Of a DNA stretch of 64,000 bases, positions 51,935 through 61,904 are shown piece after piece. Location of the stretch: positions 1-64,000 of IMG/VR virus record IMGVR_UViG_3300020205_005279; one strand, written 5' to 3'. Numbering within the stretch: position 1 is the first letter of the stretch; each line of letters opens with the position of its first letter. The translations under genes were made by a program, and so were the position numbers. The notes beneath the pieces are model-generated. The model had not been told where the DNA came from and made no database searches. It saw only the letters and a list, made by a program, of their open reading frames with translations. This DNA is from a virus.

Positions 51935-53863
51935 TTACATAAAGTACGGAGCGAAGGAGGCCCAATATCCAGCTTTTTTACGATCCACCACAACGCACTC
52001 ATTGTGAATAACTTTGCGATTTAGTCTGTAGGTTTTTTTATAAAGCTCGAGAAGTTTCTCTACCATTTCGCAGTTTACGTCATCGACTCTAATCGATCCC
52101 TCAATTGTGGCCAGGGCCTGCTCCAGTTCTGTTTTAACAAAGTTGTCTTCTACGTCAATGTACGCAACTTTCTTAATCTCCTCTATAAGTCGCCTTGTGC
52201 CAAACGCAATTTCTCCTGGCGAGGTATACTCATCAAGGCGAATTTTAGCAACTGAGGCCTCTGAGAGTCCTGTATCCGCAATAATCCGCTCATATCCAAC
52301 ATCGTCGAGCGGTCCGTCAAACTTCGCCGCAATAAGCTGAGAAATTTTATTCTTCTTGGTTTTGTCGGTAAGGTCGTTGTCTTCGTCAAATTCAGAGAAG
52401 TCAAAGAGAGTGAGAAGGTCTGACTGATCGGCTCCAAAGGCACCCATTGCTCCATTGAAACTATCGGCCATTTGCTCTGTGGTTTTTGGTTCGGACATTG
52501 GAGCCGCACCACCTGCCGCGCCTGGTGCTCCACCCATCATCGCGCTCATGTCCACTTTTGCCAGAGACGGAATCTCAAGTTTATCACGCACCCAATCAAG
52601 ATCTTTGACCTCATAACCAACTGCTTGGAGTTGGGTGAGCATTTGAACAATTTTGATGGGATCTTCGCGTTGCTCTAGGTCGTCAAAGTTGCGACGAAGT
52701 CTGGGCACTGGGGCCCCGGGGTAGTTGAGTTCTACAATCCAGCGAATAAGCGTAGAGTTAATCGTCTCGTCTAACTCCTCTGAGAAGGCTTTGGCTTTGC
52801 GCATGCGCACGGAATCGGAAACCTGATCGCGAGCATAAGATCCTACGTTGCCAGTTTCTTGCCCTACTGTATTCTCTCCATTTATAATAAAACTAATCTG
52901 CTGGTCAACATACTCGATAAGTTTTTCATATACTTCCGAACGTCCTTGACTCTCAAGCCACTCAATCTCCATCTCGTTGGGTATGACAATCGCGGTCTCT
53001 TGGCCCAAGCGCTGAAGCGCTGTAAATAGTGAATCAACCTCCTCATCAGGAGTGCCGAGAGAGAACTTACCCACAGCCGTAGGAGTTGTATGCTTATCTG
53101 CATACTGCAACCAAAAAGACAAAAGAGTTCTTCTAAATTCTACCAAACTGTATAAATGACGGCCTAACCCTGTGCCGTATGGGTCCATAAAATTACTATA
53201 GGCCCAGTGGCGGTGGATGACCGCAGAGCGGAGGGGCAGGGTGATTCCCTCTACGGGCGAACTTACAGTCATCAAACGTGGGCCAATTGTTCCGTCTTCG
53301 TTGAGAACAAAAATAAACCGACGTGGGTCACGAATTTTAATTTCCGAGGGAACGATGTAATTTCCCTGCCTCATCCAACAAATCTCACCGATGCTAATGC
53401 CAAGGATCAGAGATTCGCATAATCCTCTTATAAATGTGTCAAACGCTGAATTTGAAGACACAAGCATTTCTTTGCCATAGGCCTGCCGGGTATTAGTGCC
53501 CATGCGATAGAGTACTTGGCGGACAAACTCAGCAACTTCTTCATCGCGGTCAGATGCACTTGCCGGATCAACCTGCCATTTTCGTTGTATAATTTCTCCC
53601 GTAAGTTTTTCCCATGCAGAAATAACTTGGCTGTCGTTAAACAACCGCATGTATTTCTCAATTGCTCTAGGGCCACCACCACCCTCCTCGATGAGAATAT
53701 CATCTCTGCGTGGGAGAATAAGTCCTGATGCTAAATACGAAGTTCCAGTATAGGCGTATGGATCGCCTTTGTAACCTGCTAAGCTGCCTTGGCCTACTCC
53801 AAGGCTAAAGTAGCGATCAAAGTGCCCAGTTTTTGGTTTTGCACCAGGACGTTTCTCGGCCAT
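51935..53863 (-). CDS. portal protein (Mu gp29 / DUF935 family) with a C-terminal extension
   Basis: 'DPYGTGLG', 'WLQYADKHTTPTAVGK', 'IEYVDQQIS..GSYARDQV' and 'LIRWIVELNY'. Confidence 0.85.
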   Translation of the reverse strand: MAEKRPGAKPKTGHFDRYFSLGVGQGSLAGYKGDPYAYTGTSYLASGLILPRRDDILIEEGGGGPRAIEKYMRLFNDSQVISAWEKLTGEIIQRKWQVDPASASDRDEEVAEFVRQVLYRMGTNTRQAYGKEMLVSSNSAFDTFIRGLCESLILGISIGEICWMRQGNYIVPSEIKIRDPRRFIFVLNEDGTIGPRLMTVSSPVEGITLPLRSAVIHRHWAYSNFMDPYGTGLGRHLYSLVEFRRTLLSFWLQYADKHTTPTAVGKFSLGTPDEEVDSLFTALQRLGQETAIVIPNEMEIEWLESQGRSEVYEKLIEYVDQQISFIINGENTVGQETGNVGSYARDQVSDSVRMRKAKAFSEELDETINSTLIRWIVELNYPGAPVPRLRRNFDDLEQREDPIKIVQMLTQLQAVGYEVKDLDWVRDKLEIPSLAKVDMSAMMGGAPGAAGGAAPMSEPKTTEQMADSFNGAMGAFGADQSDLLTLFDFSEFDEDNDLTDKTKKNKISQLIAAKFDGPLDDVGYERIIADTGLSEASVAKIRLDEYTSPGEIAFGTRRLIEEIKKVAYIDVEDNFVKTELEQALATIEGSIRVDDVNCEMVEKLLELYKKTYRLNRKVIHNECVVVDRKKAGYWASFAPYFM

Positions 53864-53870
53864 TGATTAC

Positions 53871-54080
53871 CTATTCTGATTCGCCTATGTCTTTAGTATC
53901 TTTAAACTGGGAAGAGGCGGACCGATCTATATAAACAACTTCGGCATCGAGTATTTTTGCATATAGTTCTTTCGCTGTCATTTTACCAGTGTTGTAGTCT
54001 TCGATAAATTTATCGGCTCCATCAACAATAATTGGTTGTGAGTTGGTAAGGATGTTAATGCCGGTTTGTTCTGTGTTCAT
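53871..54080 (-). CDS. hypothetical protein
   Basis: 69-aa ORF coupled to its neighbours. Confidence 0.55.
   Translation of the reverse strand: MNTEQTGINILTNSQPIIVDGADKFIEDYNTGKMTAKELYAKILDAEVVYIDRSASSQFKDTKDIGESE
53899..53907 (-). promoter_or_regulatory. putative late promoter GTTTAAAGA (intragenic)
   Basis: 35 nt upstream of the portal ATG. Confidence 0.5.
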
Positions 54081-55060
54081 TGCTTAGACCATTCTATTTG
54101 TAATTTTTCTGTTTCCCTTACAAGTTCTTTAATCATTTCTGGCCACTTTTGTTCATAGGAAGCTAAGTAAATATGCCATTTTTTTGGCCATTCTGCCGGA
54201 GTGAATTTGTGATCTAGTTCAGGAGGCGGGGTTGAAGTGAAAATCTTGCGTAATGCCCCTACCCCCGCGGCAACAAAATTATACCGATTTTTTGTGTAAT
54301 ATTTTTCTAAGACTACGAGAGGAACGTGAGGGAACTTTTCTCCAAAGGCCTCAAAAAGTGGAGAGTTTTTAATATCTACACGTTCTTCCTGAACGGCTTT
54401 TTGATTTACATATTCATACGCCTCGTCTAGTTGTTCTGCAATGAGTGTTACATTAAACGGGCATTGCTCGTAGTCATTTATTTCTTTCCAGAATACTTTT
54501 AATGAGTCATAAGCTGCAACAATGCTATGCTTAGAAAACTTTGATAGTCTATCACCGAGGTCTTTTTTAAGACTTTCTATTAGGTGAATGTCTGTAGCCT
54601 CTGGCCATTTTGTCGCCCGGTGAGAGCACCCACTTGCCCACAAAAACGCCAGTAGGAGAGTTTTGATTCGGCCTTCTCTTAAGTCTTTGAGTGGGAGAAG
54701 ATTGTTGTTTTGAATATACGTATACCACTGCTCAAAGAGCTTAGAAGCGCGTTCATTTGCCCCTTCCCATACTTTGGTTTTTGATATTAGGCCTAGGTGT
54801 TTATCATTACAGGCTCCGTATGAACTTAGTTCATTAAACTCTCGGTCTTCTTCTGTAACTCCTTCTGGTATCTCAAGAGCTTTTCCTGGGGCCGAATGTC
54901 CCTTTCTTAGGGCGCTTCTCACACCCTCCAGTTTTATTTCGTGCGCAAATGTCGCTTCTGTTTTCCAGCGATCATGCGCTAGGATCATCTCCAGATACTG
55001 CAGCCCCTGTTCTTTTTGCGGGAGAGCTGAGATTGTTTGCAGTGTCTGAAGAAGTTCCAA
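54077..55060 (-). CDS. hypothetical helical protein
   Basis: 327-aa ORF; no recognised motif. Confidence 0.65.
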   Translation of the reverse strand: MELLQTLQTISALPQKEQGLQYLEMILAHDRWKTEATFAHEIKLEGVRSALRKGHSAPGKALEIPEGVTEEDREFNELSSYGACNDKHLGLISKTKVWEGANERASKLFEQWYTYIQNNNLLPLKDLREGRIKTLLLAFLWASGCSHRATKWPEATDIHLIESLKKDLGDRLSKFSKHSIVAAYDSLKVFWKEINDYEQCPFNVTLIAEQLDEAYEYVNQKAVQEERVDIKNSPLFEAFGEKFPHVPLVVLEKYYTKNRYNFVAAGVGALRKIFTSTPPPELDHKFTPAEWPKKWHIYLASYEQKWPEMIKELVRETEKLQIEWSKQ

Positions 55061-55487
55061 GACGACGAAGAGCTACGTTGATATACCCTATTATATCATT
55101 GTGGGACCACGTGTCAATGACTTTGTTAAAAAGTTTAGGATCAATACGTCTGACGTCGACCCCAGCTCTGATAATATAATCGATGTGGCTTTGAATGGAT
55201 TGCCCCGGTTCATCATAAAGGAACAAAGTTGGTCCTTCGTTGGGCTCACACGTTTCTACAACACTCATTGCCTTAAATAGCTCGGATAGGAGAGTTGTGT
55301 CATAGCCACAAAAAATAATAAAGTCTGTTTTGCGGATTGTAGGTTCTGTCAAACTCTGGCGAACTTTTAGATCCACCCCATCTTTCTCGGTTAGCATTTG
55401 TTCTAAATGCACCGCCATCTTGTTGATGTCGGACTCGGCGTTTACATTTTGCCCCTTGAGCAATACCACTGAGAGCTTCAATTGCAT
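54972..55487 (-). CDS. hypothetical protein, weak LOG/SLOG-like fold
   Basis: 'TDFIIFCGYDTTLLSELF..PTLFLYDEPG' loosely like the LOG C-terminal half. Confidence 0.45.
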   Translation of the reverse strand: MQLKLSVVLLKGQNVNAESDINKMAVHLEQMLTEKDGVDLKVRQSLTEPTIRKTDFIIFCGYDTTLLSELFKAMSVVETCEPNEGPTLFLYDEPGQSIQSHIDYIIRAGVDVRRIDPKLFNKVIDTWSHNDIIGYINVALRRLGTSSDTANNLSSPAKRTGAAVSGDDPSA

Positions 55488-55508
55488 AAACTTTAAATTC
55501 TTGTCATA

Positions 55509-55531
55509 ACTTTAACCTTGAAGTTTAAAGT
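55509..55531. promoter_or_regulatory. divergent pair of putative late promoters (GGTTAAAGT on -, GTTTAAAGT on +)
   Basis: 21 and 23 nt from the flanking ATGs; same layout as 10718-10746. Confidence 0.6.
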
Positions 55532-55554
55532 TTAGAAAAGCATTATACTAGGAT

Positions 55555-58500
55555 ATGAACTCGGCACTGATCGAGAGACTAAAAATTGCCGGGGAACGCA
55601 CTGTTGCCGATGGGGTCGCTCAGTATGAGCGCGAGTTTGGTAGGTTTCTTGTCAGTTTAATAAAAACAAACTTAAAAATTGCATTTTTTGAATTACTAAT
55701 TGCAATTTTAGATCGGCTTGAAACAGACGAAGAAATAACAATCTTGCCCCTTAAGCAAATTTTACTTCAAGTAATATTTGAATTAGAACTCGATTCGGCA
55801 AGAGCGACTCAAGTCTCAGATGAGGTTTTTGCAGCACTTTACAAAAAAATTGAATCAGAGCCTAATTACGACGCTGAATTTGTCGGAAAACTTAAACTAT
55901 ACCAAACTCTCGTCTCTGAGGCGTTTAATGACTTAGAGTTTTTTAGTTCCTCGTCGTCCCAAGATATTCTTAGGGAGATTGTAGAATACCAATACTCAGA
56001 TAAAAAGTACTCATTCATTCCTAGGGAAATAGACGAAAATCGTAAGGTATTTACTCTGTTTTCCAAAGAACGTTATTGGGAAACATTTGCCACTCTTACT
56101 GATACTACCTCGTATTCTCCATTGGGGTATAATAGATCAGCAACTTTCCTGGGACTTCCTCAATACAGAGTGTCTATCTCCTACGAAGATCTCATTATAT
56201 ACGACGGTGTTCTTTATAAACTCAATCCCGCGGTCTCTTCTCCCAACCGTGAGCAGTTTGTGCCGGAACAGTGGGTAGAGTACAATTCTCGGAGATTTGA
56301 CCGTTCAAAATCTTTTTCTTCGACGCATAAATCTCTTGTAAGAACGCTTTATACTACATTTTTAGAGCAGGGATTTGACATCAACGAGATTATCTCTGAT
56401 TCTAAAATTGAAAAATTTGATCAGACGCAAAGCGTAGATTCCGAGCTCCTTCCACTGACTTTCGGTGGACAAGGAAAGCAAATTTATGACTCTGTCAAAG
56501 AACTTGGGATAACATCAGAAGCTTTTGGGGGATATGAAGGTTCGCCTATAGGTGGAATTGAATATGCTACTCAGTACATAGAGTATTTGTTGGCTTCTGC
56601 ATTTGGCCGTAAGATCGGAGAAACATTTAACATTTTGTTAGGAGCAGAGGACTTTGGTAAATTTAACGTTGTTTTTTCCTCAAAACTTTCCCAGGATAGC
56701 ATTCCCGGGCTAAGCTTTTTAAACAAATTTGGAAAGCTTCGTTCCTTCACCCACGGACAAATTTTACCAAAATACGTAGATATCTCTAAGCCTAAAATTA
56801 TATACAATCCGACTTACGTTCAATTCTACACGGGGTTGGATGATAGGTACTCAAGTGCAACGGTTCCAAATACATACTCAGAACCACCAAGAGTAGATCT
56901 TTTACTCTACGGAATAGAAACTTTGTACAGGAGATGCTTGGCCATTGGAGACAATGTAAATGCAATTTTGAACTTAACCGGAGATGGCGGAAAACTTCCG
57001 GGGTATGAAGGACTCGGTTCCATCGAAACGCAAATGACAGAATTGCAAAATGTATTTCCTCCTACGTCATATTTTCTAGAGTCACAAACAAAAATAGGAG
57101 CAGGACTTACAGGCGTAACTAAGTACCTCTTAGACTCATACTCTAGGCTTTCGATGGCGCTGGTGTACCCAGAGTTGCCCGGAAAAGCCCTTAGTTTTTT
57201 CCCTAAGTGGATAGAGTTGATTAACAATCAACTAGAGGAGCTTATTGATCTTTTTAAGAACATTGGCATAGGTTCTAAAAATTACATTCCCAACCTTTCT
57301 TTCAGACAATTTGATGTTAAAGACACAAAACTTGTTCAATTTTTATCTTCTTTGGGATTTAGAGACTCAGAAATTAGCCAGTTACTCGACATACAATCTT
57401 TCGATCAGCTAATTACCAACTTTGCTCCGTTGTCTGACTCTTCGGATCTTAAGTCGTTTTTCAAAGCGTACGAGTTATCCCAACTCATATATGAGTTTGG
57501 CGGGGATAGTGGTATTTCCACGTATCTTTCGTTTCTATATTCTAAGTCTCCAATAGATTCGTTGTTAAATATTTTATCTTTGTCGCAAAAAGATCGTTCT
57601 AGTATTACAAGTCTGCAAATTAGTAAGTATCCCAAACTTATTGGACTGCTAATCGGGTTGACCTATGCAATCGATCCTACCCAACTTGTCAGGTTTAATA
57701 GAATTTTAGGGGAAAATAACCTCACTCTTTTAGAATCGATTGAATTTTTGTACCAAAAAGGAGAGAGCACTTTAATAAAGTCGGAACAAGACATAAGTCT
57801 TCTAGGACCTGTAATAGAACAGATCATCCAAGGTAATTATGCGGATCCATTTGCGTCACCAGATCTCAATTATTCGCAAACAAATACCACAGTGCCTATT
57901 GCCCTTAGGCAGTGGACTCAACTCATAGGAGATAACTTAGGCCAATTATCTTCACCGGAGGCAATTAGGCATCTTTATGACAAATCCATTGGACTTACAC
58001 CCAAGGAACTTATTTCGATTTTAAACAATCCGACCTCTCCGACTCCATTTGGGGAATTGATCGACGGATTTTCTGGTGGAGAGTTTACGCAGTTTATTAA
58101 GTACGCTAATATTTCCGGCCTGGCCATAAAACTAAGTTACTATAAAAATTCCTATCAAGTAGACAACTTTCCTGTCGATATAGAAGCAACCTACTTTACT
58201 TTGCCGATACTTCTGCAGAATCTAGAGGAGGCAAAAACTGCCATTTTGTTGGTTGGGACAATTTTTGAAGGGAAGTTGGACTTTAGATTTAGTGAGGAAG
58301 GAAATATTCAAGAGATAATTAACCCGCTGGTGTTTTCACAAAACAAATCATTCGGAGTCTTTCCGGAGATTATTAGGGCAATTGCTCCAATAGAATCTGC
58401 AGGTTTTACTACAAGTTTAACACAAAACTCCAGTAGTTTTTCTAATATAGCCGGAGATGCCCCTATCATAGAATCGCCAGGCATAGGAAATTCTCGTTTG

Positions 58501-59463
58501 CCTAACAGAATACCGACCCTCAATTCTATTACTCCAGAGCAGTTCGAGGCTCTATTTGGAGCACTGATTCAGCCACAAAGTGCTCAGAGTGTAGTTCGAG
58601 ATGTAGTTAATCCCGGCCTTATTAACAATTTTATCAAATTTTCGGATGGAAACAAACTTATTAACGGCATAAATCAAGTCGATGAGGCCCGATCATATGA
58701 AACTACACGTTCAAAACCTGCCTTATATTCACCAGCAACTCGCTATGAAATAGAGCGAAGGGTCGAGGTTTCTGCCACCATCTCATATTTTGTTCCTCAA
58801 ATTTATGTAGATTCAAATCTAAGGCCTTCAGATTTTTCCGGAGCTTCTAATGTAAAGTTTATCTCTTTAAAAGATCAAAATTTAACCTCTCCGTTACAAA
58901 AAACATTCAATCCTATAGAATCATGTAGGAGATTTGGTGGGACAAATTGCGATTCTATTTTTGAAGGAGTTGCCGATCTTTGTGTATTTGGGTATAACAA
59001 GTCACTCTTTCCAGAGGAACCTACTCAAAGGGCGGGGGTTCCCGACAACGTGGTGCTGATCGATCGCCCGCTGGGAACGTTTGCAGACTACAAACCGAAT
59101 CAGTCATTGCTTCCTACATCATCTTTTAAATCCCCTCCGTCGTACTATTCGCTTATTAGCGAAAACATTATTCCGGGTCGCTGGGGAGAACCTATTGCAC
59201 CGTTTATTAAACCCGCCCCTGTTGTCTATGATTCCGGAAACGGAGCGCTAAGCGAGTATGGAAACTCTGAATATGGCATTGTAGAGTTTATTAAAGCAAA
59301 ACTTGAAAAAAATACAGAGTTTAATTGCGCAACGCTAGATTCTCCTTTCAATTATCAGATTTGCATGAACATCATGAAGTGCAAAAAATTCGTTCCCACA
59401 GAACAAGGTGAATATTACCTCAAGTTCTGTCCTAAAACTCTTTCTGGAGGTAGGTTAAAATGA
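55555..59463 (+). CDS. large hypothetical protein, probably virion-associated
   Basis: 1302-aa ORF, largely helical with a Cys-rich C-terminus; late motif upstream. Confidence 0.65.
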   Translation: MNSALIERLKIAGERTVADGVAQYEREFGRFLVSLIKTNLKIAFFELLIAILDRLETDEEITILPLKQILLQVIFELELDSARATQVSDEVFAALYKKIESEPNYDAEFVGKLKLYQTLVSEAFNDLEFFSSSSSQDILREIVEYQYSDKKYSFIPREIDENRKVFTLFSKERYWETFATLTDTTSYSPLGYNRSATFLGLPQYRVSISYEDLIIYDGVLYKLNPAVSSPNREQFVPEQWVEYNSRRFDRSKSFSSTHKSLVRTLYTTFLEQGFDINEIISDSKIEKFDQTQSVDSELLPLTFGGQGKQIYDSVKELGITSEAFGGYEGSPIGGIEYATQYIEYLLASAFGRKIGETFNILLGAEDFGKFNVVFSSKLSQDSIPGLSFLNKFGKLRSFTHGQILPKYVDISKPKIIYNPTYVQFYTGLDDRYSSATVPNTYSEPPRVDLLLYGIETLYRRCLAIGDNVNAILNLTGDGGKLPGYEGLGSIETQMTELQNVFPPTSYFLESQTKIGAGLTGVTKYLLDSYSRLSMALVYPELPGKALSFFPKWIELINNQLEELIDLFKNIGIGSKNYIPNLSFRQFDVKDTKLVQFLSSLGFRDSEISQLLDIQSFDQLITNFAPLSDSSDLKSFFKAYELSQLIYEFGGDSGISTYLSFLYSKSPIDSLLNILSLSQKDRSSITSLQISKYPKLIGLLIGLTYAIDPTQLVRFNRILGENNLTLLESIEFLYQKGESTLIKSEQDISLLGPVIEQIIQGNYADPFASPDLNYSQTNTTVPIALRQWTQLIGDNLGQLSSPEAIRHLYDKSIGLTPKELISILNNPTSPTPFGELIDGFSGGEFTQFIKYANISGLAIKLSYYKNSYQVDNFPVDIEATYFTLPILLQNLEEAKTAILLVGTIFEGKLDFRFSEEGNIQEIINPLVFSQNKSFGVFPEIIRAIAPIESAGFTTSLTQNSSSFSNIAGDAPIIESPGIGNSRLPNRIPTLNSITPEQFEALFGALIQPQSAQSVVRDVVNPGLINNFIKFSDGNKLINGINQVDEARSYETTRSKPALYSPATRYEIERRVEVSATISYFVPQIYVDSNLRPSDFSGASNVKFISLKDQNLTSPLQKTFNPIESCRRFGGTNCDSIFEGVADLCVFGYNKSLFPEEPTQRAGVPDNVVLIDRPLGTFADYKPNQSLLPTSSFKSPPSYYSLISENIIPGRWGEPIAPFIKPAPVVYDSGNGALSEYGNSEYGIVEFIKAKLEKNTEFNCATLDSPFNYQICMNIMKCKKFVPTEQGEYYLKFCPKTLSGGRLK

Positions 59464-60278
59464 CGCAAAAACTTCATTCTTTCTTTAAGGTGACCAAAGA
59501 GTCTAAGCAGATGTCTTTTGGGAGAAAAACGCCACATAATTTTAACTATGTAGATTTTCTAGATCCAGAAAATATTTATCTTGGCAATAACGCACTTTTG
59601 CACAAGCAAATGAACGATTCTTATTTGCTGGAGATTGATCTCGATGACAAATACAAATCTAACATACAGGAATTTAAATTTACAAACCAAAATGTTCTCA
59701 CCTGGGAGGATTATTGGATCGATGCTAAAACTAACACCTTAATAGATCCACGTATTGAACGAATTAACTTACAAAAAAATCAACTTATACACGCCAATTT
59801 TAACCTATCTAGACAATTTCTTACACACGTAAATCTTGAGGGGAACTTAAATTTGCGTGGTGTGTTTCTTTACGATTCCCCTAATCTCGAGGTGCTTAAT
59901 TTGTCTAATTGCCCCGCGCTTGATGTAGTTAATCTAGGGAATAATAGATCTCTCAAAGCATTGTTGGCCAGAAACTGCGCTCTAACCCCGGCGGCGCAAG
60001 AATTTTTACTTAGAGATTTTTGCCCAATTACCACCTCATCTAGCAATAGGCCATTTGAGATGTTTCGTAAATCCTATGAAACTTTAGTGGATTTGAGAGG
60101 GAGTCAAATTGACTGGGGTAACAGAAAAATTGCTTCTAAAATTAGACTATTGCTTTGCAATAATTGGTTGGTTTTGTGGGACAACCCCCCACCAACTTCT
60201 ATTGTCCCCCCTCAAATGTACGCGTTTTTTTCGACTAATTTATCTGATTCTCTGATTAAAGATTATTACTATGGCTGA
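59460..60278 (+). CDS. leucine-rich-repeat protein
   Basis: 'LTHVNLEGN.NL', 'LEVLNLSNCPAL' and 'LKALLARNCAL'. Confidence 0.7.
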   Translation: MTQKLHSFFKVTKESKQMSFGRKTPHNFNYVDFLDPENIYLGNNALLHKQMNDSYLLEIDLDDKYKSNIQEFKFTNQNVLTWEDYWIDAKTNTLIDPRIERINLQKNQLIHANFNLSRQFLTHVNLEGNLNLRGVFLYDSPNLEVLNLSNCPALDVVNLGNNRSLKALLARNCALTPAAQEFLLRDFCPITTSSSNRPFEMFRKSYETLVDLRGSQIDWGNRKIASKIRLLLCNNWLVLWDNPPPTSIVPPQMYAFFSTNLSDSLIKDYYYG

Positions 60279-61131
60279 TTTACGTAAACGTTTTATCGAG
60301 GACTATGCTGGTGGCCTATTGAATGTGGCGCGGCAAGAACTCTCCACTACCGGCGAAGTCTTGGCACAAGATGGACTTACGTCCGAAAACACTTTATTTG
60401 TAGAAGATGGCACCGGAACAAAGTCCGGTCTCAAACTAGGTGTAAGTTTGGCCGAGGCAGTAGACCCAACAACCGAAACCGGGTTGGTTAATGTGCGATT
60501 TGCCGATCGTACCTACGCAAAACTCAGAGACTTTAAGATCTTCTCCACGGCAATTGCGTCCGCCCAAGCGGCTCTTTCAGAAGCCGCAACTATTTCCATC
60601 TCTAATTTAGAGACAACTCTTCAGCTTCTTGAAGACGACATCTCCACCGTAGAACAAAATTTTCAACAAAATCTGGTTACTAACCAAGAACAACTTCAAA
60701 ATTTAACTCTTACCCAGAGAGATTTAGAACAAAAATCTTCTGAAACTAGCGTAGAGATTACCCAACTAGGCTCTAGGGTAACTAAACTTGAGTCCCCCAT
60801 TGAATCTCCCCAAGAACTAAGTCTTCTTGAAGAGAACATAAATCAATTTTATTTCACCGGGACTATAGAAGTTGCTAATAGCGTGGTTACTGGAACCAAC
60901 ACAGTATTTACGGATTTAAATGTCGGAGATATATTTGTAGCAACGACCTCAGCGGGTGAGGACGTAGAATTTAAGATTACTGACATTACCAACAATACAC
61001 AACTTAACGTCACCCCGACAAATAAAACCGTTACTGCAGGTTCTAGATTTCGGCAACCTCGTGAACTTCAACTTGCTAAAAAAATTAACGATATTCTCAA
61101 AATTATGAGAAGTCTAGAGTTCATTATATAA
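60271..61131 (+). CDS. coiled-coil fibre-like virion protein
   Basis: central heptad region, then 'TGTIEVANSVVTGTNTVFT..VGD' fibre module. Confidence 0.6.
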   Translation: MADLRKRFIEDYAGGLLNVARQELSTTGEVLAQDGLTSENTLFVEDGTGTKSGLKLGVSLAEAVDPTTETGLVNVRFADRTYAKLRDFKIFSTAIASAQAALSEAATISISNLETTLQLLEDDISTVEQNFQQNLVTNQEQLQNLTLTQRDLEQKSSETSVEITQLGSRVTKLESPIESPQELSLLEENINQFYFTGTIEVANSVVTGTNTVFTDLNVGDIFVATTSAGEDVEFKITDITNNTQLNVTPTNKTVTAGSRFRQPRELQLAKKINDILKIMRSLEFII

Positions 61132-61476
61132 ATCGTTAATAATCTCATCTATAAGCTCGATATCTACTCGAACTGAGTATAAGGGACCCACCTTTTTAAG
61201 AATAAAAAATACAATGCCTATAGATTTTTCTTCTTCGGTGGGAAAAAGACTTTCCCATATTTTATCATAGGAGTCTTTTCCGCCTATCATCTGATACACG
61301 GTGTCAGGATCAAAAACCCAAAGACAATCAGACTGATCCGCCGTTGCTACATATAGAGCAAAGGGAGTTCTGTGAGCTAATACAAATTCTAGGCACTCGA
61401 CCATTTCCGAAAGGTCTTTTGTATTTCTTAGGGAGTTTTTGAGAGTTTCTTTTTCTTGTTCTGAGTTAATACTCAT
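61114..61476 (-). CDS. hypothetical protein
   Basis: 120-aa ORF coupled to the deaminase. Confidence 0.6.
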   Translation of the reverse strand: MSINSEQEKETLKNSLRNTKDLSEMVECLEFVLAHRTPFALYVATADQSDCLWVFDPDTVYQMIGGKDSYDKIWESLFPTEEEKSIGIVFFILKKVGPLYSVRVDIELIDEIINDLYNEL

Positions 61477-61883
61477 GGGACTTTTTGTATAGATACACCA
61501 AGTTGATTTAAAACATCTAGTCCTTCAGTTATTCTATAGGCGTGCTTGTAATATACTTTTTTAACTCCGCTCTGTGCAAGAAGTTTTGAGCATTCTGGGC
61601 AAGGAGAGTGGGTGCAGAACAGTTCAGCGCCTTCAATGGATTCTGTAGATTTTGCCATTTTGACGAGGACGTTTTGCTCGGCATGCAATACAAAAGGCGA
61701 CGTGTTTCCATTTTCCTCCTCGCAGCAGTTGGTTTTGTAACCGCTAGGGGTGCCGTTCCAACCATGGGCAAGAATGCTTCCGTTTTTTACAATTATGGCG
61801 CCCACCTTCAGCCTATTGCACTCAGATACCAGAGCGAATCTTTCCGCAATGTCCATATATGCGTTGATTAGTTCGGGTTTCAT
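61473..61883 (-). CDS. dCMP deaminase
   Basis: 'VGAIIV', 'GWNGTP', 'HAEQN' and 'PCPEC'. Confidence 0.92.
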   Translation of the reverse strand: MKPELINAYMDIAERFALVSECNRLKVGAIIVKNGSILAHGWNGTPSGYKTNCCEEENGNTSPFVLHAEQNVLVKMAKSTESIEGAELFCTHSPCPECSKLLAQSGVKKVYYKHAYRITEGLDVLNQLGVSIQKVP

Positions 61884-61904
61884 AAGTTAGTGGCTCCTTG
61901 TACC

